A DNA stretch of 64,000 nt, taken from the NCBI GenBank assembly GCA_051362555.1, contig CM120641.1, forward strand, positions 1,364,001 through 1,428,000, read 5' to 3'. Both the position numbers and the translations under genes were made by a program. Positions 23,884 to 36,900 of the stretch are shown piece after piece. Each line of letters starts with the position of its first letter. Positions within the stretch are counted from its first letter, which is position 1. This DNA comes from Lingula anatina (lineage: Eukaryota > Animalia > Brachiopoda). The notes beneath the pieces were generated by a model. That model was not told where the DNA came from. It ran no database searches and saw only the letters and a list, made by a program, of their open reading frames with translations.

Positions 23884-25218
23884 TAACATTCGACTTCCAC
23901 TGTTACAAATCATAGAAAACAACTCATCAGAAGCATTTCATAATTCAAATGATTATTATATAGAGGGATCAAGGAAGCAAAGGTATTACCAGAAATACAT
24001 GCATGTACATGCAATTACCTTAGCTAGTACTGGGTGTTTTGTAATTTCATACAAATCTTAAACAACTTTTGAGGATAAAAACTCTGTGTTAGATTTATTC
24101 TTATTGATCACGAGAAATTTAACCTTTGTCAAAAATGTGTATAGCCCTAGATTGGCCTATCTTCGTACCAACAAACGGGAACTAGTTCAGTGGATTCCAA
24201 AGCCGAAAACCTGACAGCAGAGACAAGCGAAGGACATTGCCAGACAAGGTATATCTTGTTCTAGAGAGACGCCAACTGATTGCTACAGAGCACAGTAAAT
24301 CAAGTTCTAATTCGTTTATGTAGAAACGGTGACTTTTTGTCTGCCAGAAGGACATGCTATGTCGCTCCAGTTAATTGACGTTTTTTATAGAACACAAAGA
24401 CAATACAGATAAAACTCAGAATCTCACCAGCCTTGAAACTAAGTGAGTGCCGTATATCATTGACTTCATATGATCTTATTAAGGCAGGCATGCCACCGCT
24501 TATCATTCTCAATTACATCCGACGTCAAAACGATGAATGTGATAATTAAGCCGCTTCCTCTCAAAGATTGTACAATAAAGGCATTTCCCCCGATGGTGGC
24601 ATCTGGGGAATAACGTTTCGTAATCAATTGATTTCCAGATTCAAACTTTATTGAATTTTGAAGAATTTTGTTCTAAATATGTACAAAAATACAGATGAAG
24701 CAACTAATTGGCGATCCAAAGCATGTTTGGTAATCTTACACATTAATCATGTACTACTTTGTGTGTTTAATTCATTAATTTCTTGCGCAATATAATCATG
24801 TATAATATAATTATGTTATTTCACGTTATCCACGTTTTTGTAATTTCCACCCATTTGCTGCCATCGGTACACTATCTGTTCTACGCGGCAAATAGTTCGT
24901 GCAAACGAATGAGCGAATAGTTTCCAACCTTACTAAAAAGTTCCTACCAATATTCTCAGGTATGCCAAGTATCAAAGTTTTGATACAGATTAAGAAACTA
25001 AAATGTTTAGTTATTATTGTATTTTTATAGCCTTTTATCCATCAAAGGTTGAAAAATGTCAAAAATGTAAATGCATTTTGTATATTTGGATTTTGAATTT
25101 CGTCTTACCGGCATTCAATATGGCATCTCGCCTTGATGGATTGCCTTGATCTCAATCTTAGCTCTTAAATATATAGTTAAATATTTTAAGAATTCCCATC
25201 GGACCCACATCGACATCA

Positions 25219-25259
25219 TGACGTCATCATGACGTCATCATGATGTCATAATTACGTCA
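25219..25259. promoter_or_regulatory. Cluster of four CRE/ATF-like palindromes with 11-bp period
   Basis: TGACGTCA (25219), TGACGTCA (25230), TGATGTCA (25241), TTACGTCA (25252); about 26 nt inside intron 1 of GPCR2. Confidence 0.4.
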
Positions 25260-25285
25260 TATTTAACATTTATGCCCGTACGTAC

Positions 25286-26323
25286 CTTTCGTTTAGACTG
25301 GAGCTGGGCTGTGTCACGTGCTACGTTGGCGTTCCCAGGGGCTGTCCGGCGCCAGAGTCGTCTCCCTACGAGACTGTACGTCACTATCATTATAGTCAGC
25401 GGAATAATATATGTAAACACTAAGACAATTAATCCATAAATCCTTTTTGAGGTCAAGGCCCATGTTTCCGCGCAGTCAATGTAAGTCCTTCCTTTGTATT
25501 CGTGCATAAACGAATATCGTCCCACAACGAGCATCGGCATTGCAAGGCTGATGGAGATGCCCCATATAATGGCTATGACGATTTTGACACGAGCACCAGA
25601 AAAAAGTCGTGACTTAAGTGGATAGTACACAGCCCAGAAACGATCAAACCCGATCGCCATGTTGGTGGACACGCTGACCGTGACAGTTGACACCTGCATA
25701 AATTGGACAATTGGACACAAGGGTTCCGAGAATATCCAGTAACTCAGCATAGGGACCGTGAAAGAGAATGGTATACAAAATATGGCCATCAGAAGGTCGG
25801 CCACCGCGAGGTTGATTAAATAGATCCTTAGGTCTCCTCTCGAACGTTTTCCTGTCACAAAAGTGACTATCACAATGATGTTCCCAAATATAGCGAGGAA
25901 CGCCGCTAAACAATAAAAGAGGATCAACAGCGTCTGGGCATTCATTGGAAGCGGGTTGGGCTGCCACATGTTTTCCGAGACGTTGGCGGTTTTATTTTCC
26001 AAGAAAGTGTCTGTAAGATTCCAAGAACCTAGTCCAACCGTGAAATTGTTGGACAACTCAAAACTACTCAGGGTTTTTGAAGTTGGAGTTGTCATGATGT
26101 AATTTTCCCCTCTTGATAAGGTAGTTGGCCGTGCAAGGGAATCTAATAGAGACTCCGTTACCGTGCGAACTGGAGATCCTAGGTCGGGCGTTCTTCCTGA
26201 CTCTTGCAGCGTCGTTGTTGTTTTTATTCGGGGTGTTGTCGTTTTATCAGATTTGGCATTTATGCTCACTTCTATCGGCTTAAAGAAGCCTAAGGTTTCA
26301 TTAAAGAAACTGCTTAAAGCCAT
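25286..26323 (-). CDS. Neuropeptide GPCR (tachykinin/leucokinin/luqin-RYamide/GPR83-like), coding exon 1 (N-terminus to ICL3)
   Basis: ATG at 26323, long S/T-rich N-terminus, GNIIV, NLAVADLL, WIFSEPLC, DRFWAVYYPLK, DCAETW, ..APGNANVARDTAQLQSKRK then GTACGT donor at 25285. Spliced ORF 1614 nt = 537 aa. Confidence 0.93.
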
Positions 26324-29040
26324 TATAGCAGTAAACTGATTGAATGAGATTAAATTGCTTTTTTACCAGGTGAACAAATTCCTGTGTCGAGAAGAATATT
26401 CGATGGTTCTAGGTGCAAGGAGAACGCTTCCGCGTTGGGTGTCGCTCTGAATTTTCACACATTTCTTTCCTTTGTTCTTGAATCACTGAATACAATACAT
26501 TGATTCTCATGCTTTCCTTTTCAGATTACATGGTTTTGCGCACAAAATCATATGCACAGTTAATACAAAATATCTTGATTTGCGTGTTCGCCGCGTCATG
26601 AAGGTACTACGAGTCCGGATGCATTAGCCGATCCTTGCCTCCATAATATATGTCTTGCGTAACTCCTTCTGCCGCAGCCTTGTTGCTCTTACTTGGTACT
26701 TTTAGAGGTGCCAAGCGCAACTACAAATATGCTTACTTTGTTGTTGAAGCTGGTGGCCCAAGTGGATTCCGCGTTAAAAGTTTGAAGGATTAAAACGATG
26801 TCTTAAGTATCAACCTTCTTGATTTCAATGCCACTTTGTCGAGAGAGTTTTCCAGAGGGAATCCTGAAAGTAGTACAGATGAAAATTAAGTGGAGGATGT
26901 AGAGAGCAAGAGGACGTAAAACGTCAAAAATATTTAACATATTAGCATAGCTAGCGGTTGGTCATTTCATCAGATGCTCCCTGGCATCTAAATAAGTGAC
27001 CTCTAAATGTATCCTTCCCCTCAAAATATAACATGATACAATCAACAACAAAGATATTCTTTGGTTTAATGGAGACATAATACACATTAGCTAAATGACA
27101 GAATTTCTTTTCTTATTGTAACAGTTTATCTTATTGAAACAGTAATTTATTGGTACTAATAAACTGTATACGCAGCACTGTGTCACAGCTTGCAGTGGGC
27201 ATCACTTTTCGTTATAAAATGTCATTCTAGTGGCACGCGATTTTCTCAAAAACAATGGCAGTTTGGGGAACAACATATTGATTAGGTCTGTCTCGTATGC
27301 TTGGAAATCACACGGTCTAGTGCAACAGCGACTTAATTAAGCCGTTACAAGCGGCTCTCTTTCTCTTGTCACCACACACAACTTGGAAAAAAGCCTTGAT
27401 TATCTTTTAACACAGCATGCATATATACGTAGTAGAGGCTTCAGAAGTAATTTCCATTAAAACCACTCGTCATACACGCGAAACACTCTGATTTTCCCAA
27501 AGGCACATCAACAGGCTTGGGTAATACTCCCTTAACCGTCACGAAATCGTACGGCAATATTTCGAAATTTTATACGTAAATAAAAATAAAATCATAAAAT
27601 CACACCCATTACCTCCACAGTTTGCTAATACACAAGATCAAGACCACTCGACCTCCAAATATTTATAATTTCCCGGTGCCAATTTCTTTAATAAACGAAA
27701 CATGACCGCTATCTTCTACTGCAATTCAGGGGCATTAAGTTTACGGTTTCCAATTCGCCAAAAAACATATTTTCATCTACAACCTCTTCAACCCCAAGGA
27801 ACATCTGTCCGTCTGTTGATTGACATGATAACATTGGAATGTTCTAGTAATTAGTTTTTCCATCCCTGGATTGCAGCCTTCTTTTATTCAAGAACACGTC
27901 ATTGTAATCACAATTTCACGTCTCAAAGTTTCCATTCCATGTTGCATAAAAAAGGGGACGTAATGACATGACAGTTTCCAAGCGGGGATATTTATCTGAA
28001 AAAAAAAAACTTCCTTCCTTCATCTGTTGTCCAGCGTTTGCTGTCAGGAAGGTTTCTAATTGAACGCCATGGCTGGACGAAGAGGCTGCCTCCTACGCGC
28101 GCAGTTCATATATAAAGCGTTGATTGCTGCCATTTTGGGTTCTAATGCATTCTGAAATTGTTGAAAACAGCCACCAAACTGTAAATTTTGAACATTGGTT
28201 TTGATATGTCTAACATTGAAAATTACTTCAACCCTAGCCTAATATCATAAGACATTCTCTGTTCTTTCTCCAACATCCTATTATTTTCCATATTTTCCTA
28301 ATAGTACTTTATCCTATCCATGCCTTCTATGCTGTAAGATATAGGATATTAGTATAACACAACACTGGTGATCGTGATCATTCATGTTCGTCCACAAAAA
28401 GACTGATCTGTGTAGATTAGTTCCTTGACGAAATTCGTCGTATCTGCGTTTTGAAAGCGAAAACATCAACCTATACTTAATCAACCTCAGAAGGACCTCT
28501 TCAAACCAAAATTAAAATCTGACCAGGAAAATTGGACCAACAAAGCCCATTGCCATACACTGATATCTGACTGTCTAAGCAGGCTTACCTACCTTACCGT
28601 ACTTTCCTATTTGACACCCTTTTTTTCACATTTGACAAAATCAAAATATCGTATCATGAAGCCTTCCTATATATTCAGTTGAGTAATTATACGCACGAAC
28701 CTCCACTAATACTCTGTGATACGTGACATTCTTGTTACTAAACTCTTGAAATGTTGCGTGCTTTGGCCCGCTGCTATATTCATGGAAACGAACAACGGCG
28801 TGAAATATTCATCGAATTGTTATATAACATATATGGATGCGTACCTTTTGTTCGGTGTCACAGAGTTTAAAAGTGAAGGTTTAATCAAGAAATGTACAAA
28901 CAACTTCAGCTGGTGCGCGATGAAAAAGGCAACAATTCTATGGCGTTTGATTGTCCATTGACGTCCGTGACGTCACTAAGCATTATACCAGATATGGTGT
29001 GTATTACAGAGACGCACTCGCTAGTCAAGTTGACAGGTAA

Positions 29041-29084
29041 ATAATAATAATAATAATTATAATAATAATAATAATAATAATAAT
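29041..29084. repeat. (TAA)n microsatellite
   Basis: Direct reading; explains the poly-Tyr spurious ORF 28906-29109. Confidence 0.95.
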
Positions 29085-30776
29085 GAACAGTTACCAAAAA
29101 ACGCTCCATATTCGTCTAAGTGATGTGTACAGACTTTTGTTCAAAGCTTATAGTTTTAATAATAGAAAAGAGAGCAGGTTACAAAGAGAAGGTTAATCGC
29201 AACTGCATTATCTTTAAAAAACACCTCAGTTCTACGACATGCAAAGAGACTCCAAAACGTTTGAAATAAAAGAGCAAATGCCAGTATTTTGAGAATCTGT
29301 CTTGTAAAAATAAGACGCAAGCAGAGGTTACAACGCACCGTAATGGAAGAAGCTTACATCCAAGCGAACCACATTTCATACAATGCACTAAAGAAAAGTT
29401 CACTTGATACAAGTGCCATCTTTAAAGTTTCAATAGATTTCAAATAAATATAATCTCATATGCATTTTGCAAATGGTAACTAGAATAAAGACGTACCAAA
29501 TATCAATAGACTGGGTTAATGTTGACAGCAAACAATAGACTTGCGAGGCGACGTTGACGCCGATTCTTAGGCCTACTGTGGCGACACACACATGTAATGG
29601 CTAAATGTCCAGGCACACAGAAGATTGGAATTATTAAAAAATAAGTATCCTAATTTTTCGTTTCAATGCGCTTACTCTCTATGTAAGTTTCATTTTCATT
29701 ACAAGTATCATAAAAACCAGCTCAAACTTCTCTCAAACACGAATGCTATGAATCAATATTTTATCAATTGTAAGTGGTTGAAAACATCCTACCACTATTT
29801 TAGTTGTTCAGTAATGAAGTCAATTTTAATCTTGATCTATACCTAGCCCTTATAGATGATTTTCTCAAGTCCAAAGCAAAAATGTCACCCTTTCACAAGC
29901 AATTAAACAAAGAGGAATAGCACACGTTTACCGGGCGACATAAACAGAATCTCGTTATGGCTGTAGGTACAGACTTGGTACTCTTTGCACCAAATAAATG
30001 AAGCAAATCCACGTTTCCAGTGCTTCATCTTAAATCAGTAATCACCAAAATTATATTAATCCAATTTTCAAACATCAGAAAGGCACCTTGCAGCAGGTTG
30101 AAAAAAGTTCAACGTAAACAGGAAAACGTCCATAAAAGACCCCAGTGCTAGCTTCAATTAGACTTCAATCTGGCGAACCGCATCCAAAACATTCCAAATC
30201 TGTTACTATTACTATCTTCAGAAGGGACAAAAAGTTCACAACATTTGGCCATTCAGTTCGCATTGCAGTTCCGTCTAGAATGATAGCAAATATTGACAGG
30301 CAAACAAGCAGTTAAGCTCGTCAGATGGGCGCGATGTTCAAAGGTATAATTGAAGCTGAAGGAATCTTTTGACTTGCCACATGCCTGGTAGACCTTTCAT
30401 TAACCTTGCTACAATACCACCTAAGGTTTCGGCTTCGATATTGACTTTATTCCGTAACGGAAGGGCACAGGTGGCTTCCTTCTATGCCGTTAATGCTCAG
30501 AAAATGCATCAAGAAATGTTTTCAAAAAGTATAACTGATACGGTAACTATTTGTGCGTAATGAATTACCAGTAACTGTTCTCACGTTACACCGTTCAGAA
30601 AATAAAGATGGATTCCTTCATTACTTATGCCTCAGACCATTTTATATATAAAAATGCGGATTATATAACCAATATTTTTTGGCGTTGACGAACGGGGAAA
30701 TCCTCATGTATTTATTTAAATATTTTTCTTTTCAAAATAAGTTGATAACGGCCAGTTGCTGGAAGGCCTTTATTAA

Positions 30777-30933
30777 TGATTTCGTTAACTTTTGAATGCT
30801 GCATCTGTTTTAAAGATCAACTCTATTCCACATAGTCGGTAAATCTTTGTAATAAATTGATGATTTCGTTAACTTTCGACTGTTGCATCTGTTTCAAAGA
30901 CCACCACTATTCCACATAGTCGGTAAATCTTTG
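30777..30933. repeat. Tandem duplication, 2 copies, period 84 bp
   Basis: TGATTTCGTTAACTTT..CTATTCCACATAGTCGGTAAATCTTTG at 30777 and 30861. Confidence 0.9.
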
Positions 30934-33900
30934 CAGCAACAAGGGTCATCTTTCTTCTGGAAATGGACCAATGGCCTCATCGTTACTGCCAGACCACCGG
31001 CGATGAAAGCCGCCTTAATTGGAGTATGTCTATAAGATATAGTTAAAGTATTACGAAATAAACCCGAGATGCTTAAAATCCGACAGCTGCGGGTCTCAAC
31101 CTAATTATTTTGCCGTCTGGGTGCTTCTCTACCTGTTCCATTCCAATTAAATGGTTCTTCGTTTTAACTTATTTTCTCTCCGTAATTGAATGCATTGATT
31201 TCACTTTGTTCGGTGGCCAAAGGACACTTCTGTGATCTACGAAGTGTGAGTGACATTAGTATTTACCCTCTCGTTAAATGTATAATGTTCATTCTCTTTT
31301 TGAACAAACACGGCACCTTGCACATTACATGTAACATTTGCCATTTATATATATGTCACTACATGATGTAATTATACCTTATTTTTCCATAAAGAGCAGG
31401 TGTTATTCCACATTAACGTTGTTCTCTTACCTTTTATTGCCAATACGAACTGAAATCCTTATCGTCTATATGCTACTTAATTTTAATTCAGAATCTAATG
31501 GCATCACCGTTAAAGAACAAACTATCCGACTCCAGGTAAAACAGCGTTTCTGGCCGCTGTTCCTGTCACCCAATTTCCCAGGCGAACTATCATCAGTGTA
31601 AGGGTGTTGACACCAGAGGAATTAAATCCTAGGTGTGATATTCCATGGCATCATTGTAGAAGACCACGCGTTCTCGCATCGAGATCTAATTAACTGTCGC
31701 ACGGAACTCAAACCCAATCTTCGCCTCGACTAACTTTTTAATAACGTATGATAATATCAAAAAAGCATGCGTCGACTGTCCACCTGATTTGATGTCTAAC
31801 ATAAGGCCTACTTACATATAATATAGACCATGCTTTTCATTAACTTTGCTGGCATATAAACGGTAGCGACAAACCATTGTTACTATACAAACAGAGCATA
31901 GAAAAATGTTCTTTAAGTTACAGTCTTAGTCAAGAGATCCTCTGCGAAGTGGACTACGGGGAAATCCTCATGTATTTGCAAAAACCTAACACTTATATAT
32001 ACAGATGCGTACATGGGCAGAAACGTTGTCCATGTTGCATTAGAGGGGTGGGCCCACGTGCATTACCCCAAATATGGAACTATCGACATGCTTAGGAGAT
32101 CCCTTTAGTCATTACCCTTATCTCGGTCATCCACCGGTCATTTTCATTTCCGCAGTCACCAGAAACAACCTACGAAGCTCACCTCTCTTTCTCATCCAGC
32201 AGACGATAATGAACTGGGTGCATGGCCGCAGCCTACTCGTCGCTGTTTATCACTGTGCAGAGACACTGCGGGGAATATGCATCAAAACCATCATCACTGT
32301 GTACTGTGACATGCTGAACCGGCAGTGTATACCTATTCAGCACCTTCAGTGATTTTGCAAGACTCAATAATGCTTTAATTACTTATAAGGACAAACGGCC
32401 CACTAAGACGACATTTTTGACGTCTTTCTATGGTTAATAACACGGTTAAAACGGCTATTTCACACCATCCCCAACCTAAAAAATTACACTTGTAAAGAGA
32501 ATCAAGTGGAAATGTTCATTTCACGAAATCTACAGATTGCCTTGGTACAATTAATAATACGCACGGCATTAATAGGCGGTTCCTTTGTAACTGCAAGATA
32601 TTCTAGTTCCTGTTAAAGAATATGTCAAATAGACACCACACAGAGAGTTCCAAAGGCTGCATTCCACAATCTAAGGGTCTATCGTTTTTAAAGCACTCGT
32701 GTGAAGTCTTTTTAAAAAAAATAACCATAATACTATATAAAGGTGTGTCTAAAGTTTATCAGTAAACCCCACAAGAAACAGTCCTTTTCCTACAAAACAT
32801 GCTGTCTCTATTAGGTTCCAAACCAAACGTTTACCTTTATCTCTAAAACATGCAAATTCCGTCCTGCCTTGCCAGTTTCCAGATAACCAGCAGTGGATGC
32901 AAACGCCACAAAAAGCTACAAACTAAAGTAGACAGCTTTAAAGCGTGATTCGCCACCACACTGCTTCACCTCCTACAAGACAATAGAGTTCTTGCACCAT
33001 ACCGTTTAAATCGCGTCCGAGGCACATCCCATTAATTAACTTCTCCGTAATATCGGAAAACCATCTATTAGGGTTGTAACATAATTCAAGCACACTGTGC
33101 CCGATCCAGCAGTCAAGACACTGGGGTAGCTGGTAGTGGTTTTTTTTACGTTGGGGACAAAGCACTTTGACGCCTGCTTGAAGTCTGCAATTAATGGAAC
33201 CAAAATTAAGAGCCTATTTTGTCGTCAGAGTGAAAACTTGAGGCTAGCGTTCCTGGTTTAGCGCCGGATGATCTCAGGTGACAGACATCCTCTCTAAAGA
33301 GACCGCCCGGACTTCAACGACGGGTCGTTAACGCAACCAGACTAACGCCGTTAAAGTTCACAGCAGGGCGCTCCATGTACTGTTTCACCGAACAGATCGT
33401 AGTTGCTGAATAAGAAATGTCAGTATTTCTATACAGATTGTTGAATACAATAGGTGTTGTTAGTCGTTGTGATAAAACTGACACTAGCAATTATCTCGCG
33501 TCACTCAGTCTCACGCTCCTGCCTCATTTTTCCGAGAAGTTCTACGGTGGGTGGACAATCGTTGATGTTGTGCAGTGTTTAATACCCCACCTGACAGGTG
33601 GCTATAGATACTTTATAGATACAACTAATGAGATTGTTTTTGTTTTACCTGAGACAACGATGAGGCGTTGATGTAAGCGGGTACCATTGTGTTCAATAGC
33701 ACAATCTATTGCAAAACATGGCCCTAGGCCAAACATGTCAATCAGCTTGTATGCTTTATAATTTGTGTTCTGTTTTCACTTTTACAATCTTCAAAGTTAG
33801 CAATGAAGACAACAAACTGTTCACGAAAAATATTACTTTCACCCACAAACTGAGTCTTATTATTTTTGTTCAAAGTTCAATTCTATAACAGGGTCCCAAT

Positions 33901-36900
33901 CTGGCAAACGCAAAGATAATATTTTGCATTTCACAAAATATTATTTTTACCAATAATTTGAAGACGGAAATAATTTATCATATCTAGATACAAGATTCTA
34001 AAAATATATCTACATCCAAGTATTCCGTGGACATAACACGAAATACAGAATACATTGTACGAAGGAGTTAGGATGCGCAGTCAGAACACAACAATTCACT
34101 GATAATTTTTAAAAAATCCTTCACAACATAGAGACAAAATGAGGCGAGTACGGAGAGGTCATTGACCAATGAATTCACCCTGAAGCAAAAACAGGCGAGT
34201 TTTCATAGTTCTTTCATAATGTCATAGGTAGCATGTCGTCCTGATCCTATTTTTTCATATGATTCCCTTTCATCTGCCTACGGCATGTATGACAAGAAAG
34301 AAAAGCGCGCTTTCAAGAGTTCATTTACGGGCATGTGTGTTTTTTCTTCAGTAAAAGGTTGTGTTACAACATTAAATGCCTGCTATGTTGTGGTGAAGAT
34401 TCACAACATGATCATTCCGCAGTGGCTTTTAAAGTGAGTTTTAAAGTAAAATATTTTATATAATCTTCCGCACTTAATAAGTTCACTTAATAAGATCAAG
34501 TATATACTGACCCTTATGCTATCTACGTCTATGATCAAAAATACGTTTGATTATCAAGATGCATTTTCATCACTTAGCTTTTAGCCGAGTCATGCATCCA
34601 GACTATCTCACTACTTTCATCATCGTGATAAAACTATTCTGAGGAGAGAGCAATCATATTGTCTGAAAGAGGATGCACTTGGACATAAGGAACGATCGTT
34701 TGCAAATAAAATAGGAAGATTCAAGATAATGATCTCTTATTGCACCCCTCCAATCCAAGGTGCTTAGTTTTGTAGGTTTGGAAGTGAACGGTCCCCATAT
34801 AACAAAGGGGAATGAAAAGCAAAGCTACATGTACCCGTAGAAAACTCATATACTTACAAGTAGCTCTTTAATGGAGTAAATTGTTTGCAATTCGAGAACA
34901 CCAATGATATATGTACACTTACTTCTGTGCACTCTGGATTTGGCTTTTCAAAGACACATGTGACCGTTTGGCAGAGAATGTTCCACTCTGTTCTGTTGAC
35001 CAGAGAAGTAAAATGACTGTATTTGACGTCGTGTATGCATCGCTCATTTGGTCATTAAGGTGATATCACTTACTAGTTAGTCTACACAGGGTTTCCAAGA
35101 AGATACATGGACGCTGTTTACGCCACGTTACATTAACTCATTTAACAACGCTTAAGTGTCCGCAACTTATGAATATTTCAACGACAACAATGAATGCCTA
35201 CAACACCGCCCGTGTCACACATGCGTTCAATCTTTTAAAGCAAACCACAATTAACTGCGTATCCCCAGACAAATAATCGTAAGTGGTAGTTTGTGCACAA
35301 AGCATGTTAGTGGTCGTGAATGTATGATTAGTAGAGATACACACTCTCTACGGGAAACCTAGGGTTCCTACCAGAAGCTGGTATTTACAACACTGTTATC
35401 AGCTTGTACAATATCCATATAGTGCCATTGTCTAGCTCCGCATAAAATTTATATCCTAACTAAATCTATTTTGAAATTGTATCTATAGGATATCCCCCTT
35501 ATTCGATCGTATTCTTTCCACTGAATTGCTGAGGAACACGGTCCTCATGAGTCTTAGTGTATTCTAATGGCCACCGTTGAAAACTTCGTCTCTCTGGGAG
35601 TGACAGTGACAGGGTTCTACAAAGACCAACAGGTAATGAGAGTAAATATCATATCAATATTAGGACTTACCTTAGTGTCATATTAGACGGCTGTGGCTGT
35701 TCGACCCTATTCTACCGTGATTCTGAAACATATATTATTCAAACCTATGAGGGAGCACGTCATAAAACCGCGGTGCTGCAGTATATAAGCAATGCAATGT
35801 GACGCGGCCTTGCCGTCAAAGATATCACATGCAAGAGACGCTTCATACCGAAACTGGTTGCGTGATGAGATCACAGCCAGAATAATCGGGGTTATAGGCG
35901 TTTTCTTGACAACAGCCAATAAATAATTTACCAGAAAATGTATGGGGCTGATATATGGTCTTATCATCTTCCTCCTCCTTCCAAAAAAACTCTGCATTTG
36001 CCACAATCGCAAAATGCCACCAACAGTTTTGTCAGCAGATAGGACGAAAAACATGATCATTACACTGTGGTGGTATACAATATATGTGCATATATTGCAA
36101 TTTGATAACTCTAGACTAATACTGAGAAAAGACACGGCTTTTTGCATTGCCAAAAAAAGTTGGTTCATGACGTCAGCGCTTCATAGAAGACAATGCATAG
36201 TGGCATTGTGAAGTTGGTGGGACAAGAATTTAGGAAACATTCGTACGGCACTCCATAGCCACTATATCATATTTAACCTATAAAACACAGCATTGACCTC
36301 TATATCCAAAGGTGACTTGCAATACCTAGATTAATAAACTTTAAGAGGTAGGTACAAGGATTAGTGGATCACGGGAATAAATAGACGATGAGAGAGAGTT
36401 AGTGCAAAAATCTATTTCTTGATACCCGAGGGGAAATATTCTATAGAGTGAATAAATACACCCATCAACTCTGGATAGCACTATAACATATGTCGATAAA
36501 ACTATCCATTGGTTAAAATTGTGATGAATTGCTCACCGAAATAGCAATACCCTAGTGTGTAATACAATTTAACATCTATTCAAACACCCTGATACAAACA
36601 GACTTAAATTATCGCCACATTTATTTAGTGCGCTCTAAAGTCAAAATCAAAGTTGCACTTATCACGGTTTTGCAGAAGTTTCACAGTTTTTATAAAACAC
36701 TTCAATACTGTCGCAGAGTGAAACGACAACAGATCTTTAACAACAGATTTTTAAAGACATATTTAGACACTTTTTCGAGTTTTCAAAATGATCTTGGTCA
36801 TTAAAATCCCCACATACAATAATACAATCGTGCATACTTTAAAATGTGTCGCTTCACTCAAATACAGAGTGAACAACAGCACGCATTCGCAGTTAAGTTG

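Noticed and set aside
28906-29109. Poly-tyrosine ORF
   Set aside because: Translation of the (TAA)n repeat.
32140-32352. Possible piggyBac C-terminal Cys-rich fragment (PTRRC..CAE..KT..VYCD) after an acceptor-like site
   Set aside because: Needs frameshifts, is short, and has no TTAA/TIR or catalytic domain nearby; too weak to call.
35707-36211. 153-aa and 89-aa opposing ORFs
   Set aside because: No recognisable domain, splice context or compositional coding signal.
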